Below are positions 1 to 6,309 of a stretch of DNA of 24,000 bases, in pieces. How positions within the stretch are numbered: the first letter of the stretch is position 1; every line of letters starts with the position of its first letter. The stretch comes from an uncultured archaeon (lineage in GTDB: Archaea > Asgardarchaeota > Lokiarchaeia > Sigyniarchaeales > SOKP01): the NCBI GenBank assembly GCA_964629395.1, contig CAZVTX010000013.1:1-24000 (forward strand), read 5' to 3'. The notes under the pieces are model-generated. The model saw nothing but the letters and a program-made list of their open reading frames with translations, was not told the DNA's origin and searched no databases. The position numbers were made by a program, and so were the translations under genes.

Positions 1-94
1 TAATAAAAAATAAAGAAAATATTATTATTGATTTTGATAATCATTAAAGAATAGCAATTTAATTCATAAATAATTAAAAATTTTCTGATGATTT

Positions 95-199
95 ATGGGA
101 TTAATTATTTTAGCGAAATGTAAATGTGGTTTCAAGAAAGAATTTCGGGTAGACAATAGGTTGATCGCGGTAAAATTGTTAAAAAACGGACATGTTTAG
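95..199 (+). other. N-terminal fragment (34 codons) of a frame-split double zinc-ribbon protein
   Basis: ATG at 95. Translation is MGLIILAKCKCGFKKEFRVDNRLIAVKLLKNGHV*, with a CxC knuckle. It closes at TAG 197-199, while the frame of ORF 229..456 is already open from 160. The two frames meet in the A6 run at 181-186. Confidence 0.4.
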
Positions 200-228
200 C
201 TCCTGCGCTTTGTAAAAAATGTAAAAAA

Positions 229-456
229 ATGATAATCGTAAATTATGCCGAAAAAAGTGCTAAATGTCCTGAATGCGGAGAATTTTTAATTTTTTATAAT
301 AATCCATCCCTTCAGAAAAAGTCTTCAAAAGGAAAAGATGCTCTCTCTTGGGGAATGGACATAAAAAAAAATTTTATATTACCCAAAACATCTTATTATT
401 GTCCCAATTGTGAAGAGATGAATTTACATTTTAAAAAGATAGGTCATTGGGATTAA
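229..456 (+). CDS. zinc-ribbon protein (probably the C-terminal portion of a longer, frame-split gene)
   Basis: ORF-track 75 aa with CPEC (res 13-16) and CPNC (res 58-61). The same frame upstream of the ATG (160-228) encodes VDRGKIVKKRTCLAPALCKKCKK, a further C-x6-C-x2-C with no start codon. Confidence 0.6.
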   Translation: MIIVNYAEKSAKCPECGEFLIFYNNPSLQKKSSKGKDALSWGMDIKKNFILPKTSYYCPNCEEMNLHFKKIGHWD

Positions 457-482
457 ATAAGAGAATAGAGATTGAATCTAAA

Positions 483-605
483 ATGCCGGAAAATGGGGCA
501 ATTTTCAGCGATGGAATAGAAAGCGATTACTTAAATTTTAATTCAGGAATAGTTGCCAAAATTGGAATTGCTGAAAAAAATATGAATCTTATATTAAATA
601 AATAA
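483..605 (+). CDS. possible 40-aa small ORF (MPENGAIFSDGIESDYLNFNSGIVAKIGIAEKNMNLILNK)
   Basis: ATG 483 to TAA 603-605, 26 nt after the zinc-ribbon stop. No motif recognised and too short to judge. Confidence 0.2.
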   Translation: MPENGAIFSDGIESDYLNFNSGIVAKIGIAEKNMNLILNK

Positions 606-881
606 CCAAATATTAAAAAAATTTGAAAAATCTATTAGGATAAACTATATATTTTATCCTTTTCAGAAATTTAATTATTATCTTACAACTCCTTCAATTT
701 TTTATTAAGCAAACAAATTAAATTAAAGTATTCTATGAAAATAATTATCTAATTATTTCTATATTTCTTATTTATAAATTATAAGAAAAAAATAGAAAAA
801 AGAAAAAAAAATTGATAATTATAGTAATAAAATTAGAGAAGATAAATGAAAATAGATAAATAAAAGAATTGATTAAAGAAT

Positions 882-1721
882 ATGAATGAAATTAGAAAAA
901 GAGATGAAAATAAGCATGGTAAAATAATTCTCATTTTATCTTTACTTTTATTGATATTTCTTATCATTGCCAGCTATTCAGGTATTTTCATAGCTGAAAC
1001 ATATGCAAGAAATACAAAATCATTTGCCGTTCAGGGTATTGGGCAAGATATTGTGAATTTTTTTATAATAGCTCCCCTTTTATTCATATCTTCCATACTC
1101 TATTATAAAGGGAATAAAAAAGCTATGTTTATTTGGGCAGGACTTTTAAGTTATGTAATCTACACCTATGTTATATATTGCTTTGCACAACCATTTAATT
1201 TCTTATTCTTAGTTTATTGTACTATACTTGGATTATCATTTTACTCCTTTCTATACTTCTTATTAAACATGACTGATAATCCTATAAAAGATTGGTATAA
1301 GAATGAGATTCCTATTAAGATGATAAGCATTTTCTTCATAATTATAGCCATATTATTTTATTTTGTTTGGCTTTCGGAAATTATTCCTGCTTTAATTAAC
1401 AATGAGATCCCTCAAAGTGTAATTGATAATGGTGTTATTACAAATCCTGTTCATGTATTAGATTTAACGATATTCTTACCAGCACTATTAATTACAGCAA
1501 TATTGCTATTGAAGGATAATAAATATGGTTATTTATTAGCCCCCATTTTACTTATATTTATTATATTAATGTCTTTAGCAATAATAGGAATGGTTATTGT
1601 AATGCTGTTAAAAGATGTTGAGACAGATATAGGATTAGCAGCTATATTTATCATGATAAATGTTATGAGCATTATAATTACTACTATTGTTGTAAAAGCT
1701 ATCGAAGATACAAAATCATAA
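882..1721 (+). CDS. polytopic membrane protein, unknown function
   Basis: 279-aa ORF with a charged N-terminus (MNEIRKRDENKHGK) followed by about 8 hydrophobic helices. No catalytic motif recognised. Confidence 0.6.
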   Translation: MNEIRKRDENKHGKIILILSLLLLIFLIIASYSGIFIAETYARNTKSFAVQGIGQDIVNFFIIAPLLFISSILYYKGNKKAMFIWAGLLSYVIYTYVIYCFAQPFNFLFLVYCTILGLSFYSFLYFLLNMTDNPIKDWYKNEIPIKMISIFFIIIAILFYFVWLSEIIPALINNEIPQSVIDNGVITNPVHVLDLTIFLPALLITAILLLKDNKYGYLLAPILLIFIILMSLAIIGMVIVMLLKDVETDIGLAAIFIMINVMSIIITTIVVKAIEDTKS

Positions 1722-1874
1722 ATATTATTTATTTTATAATCTAATAGAATATCTGGAGCAAATAATTCTATTTCAGGATTCATTATTATGGAATTAATCA
1801 AGGAGTACTCCAGTCCTTTTTCATTATAATAATGCGGAAAAAATTATATTTGCATCAATAACAATTGAAATCAT
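1722..1874 (-). pseudogene. PIN-domain (VapC-like) toxin remnant, frameshifted and 3'-truncated
   Basis: A minus-strand ATG at 1872-1874 lies 1 nt after the stop of 1876..2046. It gives MISIVIDANIIFSALL*, a typical PIN N-terminus with the first acidic residue. The sequence continues in the +1 frame as NEKGLEYSLINSIIMNPEIELFAPDILLDYKINNIYDF. Only about 50 codons remain before the 3' end of the convergent gene 882..1721. Confidence 0.5.
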
Positions 1875-1875
1875 T

Positions 1876-2046
1876 TTATATGATATTCCTCTCCTTAAGA
1901 ATCTCCTTCCTTATGTTTTCACCTGATTTAATAATATCTTCTAAGGTTAGACCTTTTTCTTTTAATTTTTTATTAAATTTTTCGCTAAAATTATCTATAC
2001 GTCTTAATTTTTCTTGTATTATCAATTTTCTAATTAAATCATCCAT
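1876..2046 (-). CDS. small helical protein, putative antitoxin of a decayed PIN toxin-antitoxin pair
   Basis: Not in the ORF track, where the plus-strand ORF 1865..2062 is its antisense shadow. The minus strand from ATG 2044-2046 to TAA 1876-1878 gives MDDLIRKLIIQEKLRRIDNFSEKFNKKLKEKGLTLEDIIKSGENIRKEILKERNII (56 aa). Its stop is 1 nt from the PIN start, the usual antitoxin-toxin arrangement. Confidence 0.5.
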   Translation of the reverse strand: MDDLIRKLIIQEKLRRIDNFSEKFNKKLKEKGLTLEDIIKSGENIRKEILKERNII

Positions 2047-2335
2047 AGAATCAGCTTCATAAATCTTTTATAACTTTTAATTCTCTTTTAGAATTATTCT
2101 TGATTGAAATAGTAGTAAAATTCGTTTATATCAATAAACTAATTAATTATCACTTAATTAATAGAAATTCACTTTTTATAATTTATCATATTCTTTTATT
2201 TTCTTTTTTATTTGAAATCAATATCGCTTGAACATTTAATATGATATCCCGGTATTATCTAATTTTTTGATATGATAATCATTCATATTATTAGATTTAA
2301 TATTTAGTAAAAAAGGAGATTTATTAAATTTTAAA

Positions 2336-3073
2336 ATGATACGGGATCTCGTAATTATAAAGGATGGAATGCCATTATTAACAAAATCATTTTCCGGGCA
2401 GGATAGTCCTTTTAAAAAGACGGATAATTTAATTATGTTATCGGGCTTTTTTACCGCAATTAATTCTTTTTCTGATCAATTTGAAGGTTTAGGCTCCGTG
2501 AGCGAATTACGGTTATCAAATGCGGAAGATATGAAGATTTCTTTTCTTAAGGATCCCAGTCTGCCAAATTTGATATATGTTGCAACATTTGATGAACAAT
2601 CTAAGAGTGTTAATGTGCAGAGAGCATTACGAAAGATATCAAAAACATTCATTAAAAAATATAACATTGAAAAAATATTAAATTGGCGTGGAAGAAAAGA
2701 TACTTTTAAGGCTTTTGAAGAGGTTTTGGAACAATATATAATAGAAGAAAAGGAAGAAAGTGAAAAGGACTTCAAGGAAAAGGTTATAACACTTTTTAAT
2801 AATGTTAAAGAAAAGCTTGAAGAAGATGATGAGATAAAAAAATCCTTAAATGCAACTCATAAACCTGAATTTTTCGATTTAATACCTATTCCGAAAATTA
2901 AAGGTAAAATCAACCCGAAATATTATATTTCAGGAAAAAAATCTTTACAAATATTGTCATGTGTAGATGGGAGTAAAACTATAGAAGAGATCTCAACAGA
3001 ATTAAAAATAGCCCCCGAGGAAATTTTTAAGGTCTGTAAAAATTTAGTGAAATTGGGCTTTTTATCATTTTAA
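2336..3073 (+). CDS. protein with an N-terminal longin/roadblock-like fold and a C-terminal winged-helix (wHTH) domain
   Basis: 245-aa ORF. The N-terminus MIRDLVIIKDGMPLLTKSF...DNLIMLSGFFTAINSFSDQF...ELRLSN..MKISFLKD..LIYVATFD..VQRALRKISKTFIKKY reads as beta-beta-alpha-beta-beta-beta-alpha, like longin-fold proteins (sigma-adaptin, sedlin or sybindin type starts). An acidic linker follows. The C-terminus SLQILSCVDGSKTIEEISTELKIAPEEIFKVCKNLVKLGFLSF looks like a wHTH. The gene is solid; the domain call is pattern-based. Confidence 0.5.
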   Translation: MIRDLVIIKDGMPLLTKSFSGQDSPFKKTDNLIMLSGFFTAINSFSDQFEGLGSVSELRLSNAEDMKISFLKDPSLPNLIYVATFDEQSKSVNVQRALRKISKTFIKKYNIEKILNWRGRKDTFKAFEEVLEQYIIEEKEESEKDFKEKVITLFNNVKEKLEEDDEIKKSLNATHKPEFFDLIPIPKIKGKINPKYYISGKKSLQILSCVDGSKTIEEISTELKIAPEEIFKVCKNLVKLGFLSF

Positions 3074-3121
3074 GGGAGAAATACTAAGAGAAATAATAAA
3101 GAATCACTAAAGAAATAATTA

Positions 3122-3430
3122 TTATGCTTTATATTTTCGCTTTTGTTTTAATTTTTTTCTTTGTTTTTCTTGTTCTTTAATTTCCTCTTCCAATTCTCTA
3201 AGTTGATTCTCATCAGCTTTTTGGAATTTAAAAACGCCTTCTACTTTACTTACTTCAACCTCTCCTGTTTTAGAAATCTTTTCAAAATATATTTTTACAT
3301 CTTTATTTTGATTTAAAGCGAGATTTACGAAATTAATAAAGCCCAAATGTTTACTTGGAGCAATATTAAGTTTAATAAGGGCATCTTTCCCTTTTTTTGT
3401 TGTAGTCTTAAGTACCAGACGCAATTTCAC
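3122..3430 (-). CDS. small hypothetical protein with a Lys/Glu-rich C-terminal tail
   Basis: 102-aa ORF with a beta-rich core (KIYFEKISKTGEVEVSKVEGVFKF) and the tail EEEIKEQEKQRKKLKQKRKYKA. No family recognised. Confidence 0.5.
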   Translation of the reverse strand: MKLRLVLKTTTKKGKDALIKLNIAPSKHLGFINFVNLALNQNKDVKIYFEKISKTGEVEVSKVEGVFKFQKADENQLRELEEEIKEQEKQRKKLKQKRKYKA

Positions 3431-3627
3431 TTGAAATTCATCCCTTTTTTCGATATTATTAAAATTTTGTAATTAATATTATTATTGTAAAAATATAAAA
3501 TTACAATAAAAAAAATCAAAATCAATTGAAATATTTTTCCAAATTATTAAGTAGCATTGAATTCAAATATGATATTGACTAAGTTATAATTATATATATA
3601 AAAAAGCTAGAAATTTTAAGTTTAAAA

Positions 3628-4461
3628 ATGTCCGCTACAAAGCTTTTTCCTTACAAAATGAAAAAGGGACAGTGGTTTAGAGCCGAAGATATGACCGAAA
3701 GTGATATTGTAGTTATTGTAGATACTTCTACCGAGACTATTTGGTTTTATGAGGGTGAAAAAAGTTCTTCAAGGAATAGAAGTATTGCACGTGAACTTTT
3801 AGGTCAATTAAAGAGAAAATACGTTCCTTATCGTTTTAAAAGAGTTACTAATAATTCTCCTGAAATAATTTTAAATAAGATTGATGAATTAAAAGAGAAG
3901 AGTTTTACGGGAAAAATTCCCGGAATTAAATTAGAACTAAAAGATTATTCCCGTATATTTTATATTATGAATTTAATTGCAAGTTCTTTTGCAATATTTT
4001 GCAGTGTATTTCTCTGGACTTTATTATTTTCCAAAATCACGGAATTTAACGATTATTTGCATTATAAAATTGATATTAACTTATATTTATTGTATATCAA
4101 TCTTAATTCTTATATTCTTTTAGCTTCTGCTTTTATTTTTGCAGTATCTGGATTTTTCGGTAAAATTATTCAGAAGCGGCTTTTTTCGACACTTTCAATA
4201 GTAGTTGCCACCGTAATTTTCATTTCATTTTTCTTTTTAAGGATATGGGATCAATTCATTTTCTATGAGCAATCAGGAAATTATTATCTTATACGATCGG
4301 ACGCATTATCTTTATTTATAATTTGTATTGAACTTTTACTCATATATAGCATAATAATTGGATTTTTTACAGCAATTTTAGGACTAAAAAATATTAAAAT
4401 TTTTGAAAAAGTTGAAGAGCAGGAATTAAAAGCTCTAACTTTGCCGCCCATGAAAACATAA
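3628..4461 (+). CDS. membrane protein with an N-terminal gelsolin-like domain (tentative)
   Basis: 277-aa ORF. Residues about 10-95 (WFRAEDMTESDIVVIVDTSTETIWFYEGEKSSSRNRSIARELLGQLKRKY) follow the gelsolin-repeat pattern of D-hydrophobic strand-D, turn, I-[FYW]-x-[WY]-x-G, Ser-rich segment, then helix. Residues about 115-260 form about 5 TM helices. The gene is solid; the domain call is from memory of the family pattern. Confidence 0.45.
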   Translation: MSATKLFPYKMKKGQWFRAEDMTESDIVVIVDTSTETIWFYEGEKSSSRNRSIARELLGQLKRKYVPYRFKRVTNNSPEIILNKIDELKEKSFTGKIPGIKLELKDYSRIFYIMNLIASSFAIFCSVFLWTLLFSKITEFNDYLHYKIDINLYLLYINLNSYILLASAFIFAVSGFFGKIIQKRLFSTLSIVVATVIFISFFFLRIWDQFIFYEQSGNYYLIRSDALSLFIICIELLLIYSIIIGFFTAILGLKNIKIFEKVEEQELKALTLPPMKT

Positions 4462-4476
4462 AGCTCAAAACTAATT

Positions 4477-5100
4477 ATGCCATCAAAATTTCGTGTTAGA
4501 TATATATTCAAACCGTTAGTAAATCTACTAGCAAGTTTATTTAATAAATTAGGAATGACTCCAAATTTAGCTACGGTAATTATGTTTATTTTTTCTCTTT
4601 TGGCATTTTTGAGTATTATTATTTTTCAAAATTTATTGTTTTTTGGAATTTTTATCTTTCTCTGCGGGCTATTTGACGGAATTGATGGGGCTATTGCACG
4701 TTTAAGCGGTAAGTCGTCCAAATGGGGTGGCTTTTTTGATTCTACTATGGATCGTTTTTCCGAATTTATAATTTTTTTCGGGATATTATTATTTTTATGG
4801 GAGGAGGTTCTATGGGGTTTTATTGATATGAAATTAATTATCTTTTTTGCTTACACCGGAACAATATTAATTAGTTATTCGAGAGCTCGAGCAGAGACTA
4901 TTTACCATGGCGATTATGATATCGGATTAATGGCAAGATCGGAGCGTCTTTTTTATTTATTTATGACATCAGTATTTGCTTATTTTTATGGTTATTTTAA
5001 TGAATTTTTATTTATTTACACGTTTTTGGTTATAGGTACTTATATATTTCGTGCAGTAAAAATCAGAAAACAAATATTAAAACAATTTATTAAAGAATAA
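4477..5100 (+). CDS. CDP-alcohol phosphatidyltransferase family protein (archaeal polar-lipid head-group synthase, e.g. archaetidylinositol-phosphate or archaetidylserine synthase-like)
   Basis: It carries the exact family motif D-G-x2-A-R-x8-G-x3-D-x3-D, as DGAIAR LSGKSSKW G GFF D STM D. It is multi-TM, 207 aa, and starts 16 nt after the preceding gene. Confidence 0.85.
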   Translation: MPSKFRVRYIFKPLVNLLASLFNKLGMTPNLATVIMFIFSLLAFLSIIIFQNLLFFGIFIFLCGLFDGIDGAIARLSGKSSKWGGFFDSTMDRFSEFIIFFGILLFLWEEVLWGFIDMKLIIFFAYTGTILISYSRARAETIYHGDYDIGLMARSERLFYLFMTSVFAYFYGYFNEFLFIYTFLVIGTYIFRAVKIRKQILKQFIKE

Positions 5101-5107
5101 TTAAAGA

Positions 5108-5827
5108 TTACGCTTTATTTAATTCAATTCTTAATTTGTCTCCGTCCTTAAGTTTTAGGTATTCTCTTAGATATGGTTCTGCTAAAATTTCGATAATATT
5201 TTTTTTATGGTGTGTTCGCTGAATATCTAGTATTGCTGCTTTTACTTTATTTTTTTGGTCATCTAATCGTGAAATATAACAATCATAACATAAAACTTCT
5301 CCGTATGTCCGCTCCGAATTCTCATCCTTAAATCCTTCAATCACTACGGGAATCCGATTTTTTAAATTTTCCCTTAAAAGCTCATTATTTAAATCACTTA
5401 ATTCTAAATTAAGAGTTCCCTTATAGGGTTTAAATCCGAGTTTTGAATAAAATTGATCATAATATCCTTTAATTGCAACATAATATGCGCCTTCCTTCAT
5501 TCCGCTAGTTACAACTCCTACAATAAGAATATTTTCAAGAATCTCTTTAAGATTTTTATACATAGTTAACATAATATCTGCACCTTTTTTTGTAATCCGA
5601 ATAATTTGTTCTTTAGGTTCTATCTTTCTCTCAATCCAGCCCAATTTTTCAAGTTCTTTTAATCTTCTTGAGGCTGTTTGCTGAGATGTATTCATTATTT
5701 TCCCAAAATTACCGCTGCTTATATGAACTGCCTTTTGATCTTTTATATTCTTGCATAAATGATATAATGCGAACCAATTTGCATAATTTTCTGGTGTAAT
5801 AAAATCTTTTTCTTCCTTTTGACTCAT
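5108..5827 (-). CDS. ribK: CTP-dependent archaeal riboflavin kinase fused to an N-terminal wHTH (RbkR-type bifunctional regulator/kinase)
   Basis: The C-terminal half (GVVTSGMKEGAYYV...FKPYKGTLNLEL...RTHHKKNIIEILAEPYLREYLKLKDGDKLRIEL) matches the MJ0056-type riboflavin kinase pattern. The N-terminal 90 aa form a wHTH (TSQQTASRRLKELEKLGWIERK). Confidence 0.85.
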   Translation of the reverse strand: MSQKEEKDFITPENYANWFALYHLCKNIKDQKAVHISSGNFGKIMNTSQQTASRRLKELEKLGWIERKIEPKEQIIRITKKGADIMLTMYKNLKEILENILIVGVVTSGMKEGAYYVAIKGYYDQFYSKLGFKPYKGTLNLELSDLNNELLRENLKNRIPVVIEGFKDENSERTYGEVLCYDCYISRLDDQKNKVKAAILDIQRTHHKKNIIEILAEPYLREYLKLKDGDKLRIELNKA

Positions 5828-5837
5828 TTTTTAAATT

Positions 5838-6293
5838 CTATAATTCTTTATTTTTAAATTCTTCAATAATTTTTTTTTTTATTAATCGGGAAGAATGAAG
5901 CTCATATTTATCATAATATTTTGTTAATCTTTTAACTTCTATATGTCCCAATCCTATTTTTTCTAAACCTTTTTTTAAAGTATTTTCATCATACTTTTGA
6001 TCAGGTCCTAATAATATTATATCAGGATCAATTTCTTCAACTGTTTTTAAAGTATTATTATCTGCCCTTCCTAAAATTGCTTTTTTGACGTTTTTAATAT
6101 TTTGAACGACCTCTAATCGTTGATCTTCGGGGATAATCGGCTTTTGGCCCTTAAATCTTTCGGCATTTTTATCCGTAGATACTACCACATATACCTCTCC
6201 GTATTTTGCAGCTTCTTTAAAGAGAAAAATATGACCCGGATGGATAATGTCAAAAGTACCTGCAACCATAACTTTTTTTGGAATTTCCCTCAT
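5838..6293 (-). CDS. ribL: archaeal FAD synthetase (FMN adenylyltransferase), RibL type
   Basis: Cytidylyltransferase-fold signature AGTFDIIHPGHIFLF. The patterns KGQKPIIPEDQRLEVV and ILLGPDQ match MJ1179-type RibL. It lies adjacent to ribK. Confidence 0.85.
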   Translation of the reverse strand: MREIPKKVMVAGTFDIIHPGHIFLFKEAAKYGEVYVVVSTDKNAERFKGQKPIIPEDQRLEVVQNIKNVKKAILGRADNNTLKTVEEIDPDIILLGPDQKYDENTLKKGLEKIGLGHIEVKRLTKYYDKYELHSSRLIKKKIIEEFKNKEL

Positions 6294-6309
6294 CTCTTTT
6301 ATTTTTTAT

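Noticed and set aside
84-92. CTGATGA resembling a C box of a C/D-box sRNA.
   Set aside because: No D box (CTGA) or C'/D' pair occurs at the expected 40-60 nt downstream, and the region is better explained as the start of the zinc-ribbon gene.
637-663. Hairpin AGGATAAA-(8 nt)-TTTATCCT followed by TTTT, 32 nt after the small ORF 483..605, as a possible terminator.
   Set aside because: An 8-bp mostly A/T inverted repeat is expected several times by chance in 24 kb at this composition. Archaeal termination needs only oligo-T, which is ubiquitous here, so no specific call is justified.
1529-2062. ORF-track entries 1529..1801 (minus) and 1865..2062 (plus).
   Set aside because: 1865..2062 is the antisense shadow of the better minus-strand ORF 1876..2046; its product is low-complexity and S/F/L/I-rich. 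Most of 1529..1801 is the antisense of the membrane gene 882..1721. Only its 5' part (1722-1801) belongs to the PIN remnant.
3482-3509. A 9-bp perfect inverted repeat, TTATTGTAA-(10 nt AAATATAAAA)-TTACAATAA, in the divergent promoter region. Similar A/T palindromes occur at 18066-18079 (TTTTGAATTCAAAA) and 8510-8550 (ATTCTAAT...ATTAGAAT).
   Set aside because: These are tempting as operators flanking TATA-like cores. However, my rough estimate (match probability about 0.3 per position) predicts about one such repeat by chance in the intergenic DNA alone. No second copy of any arm sequence was seen upstream of other genes.
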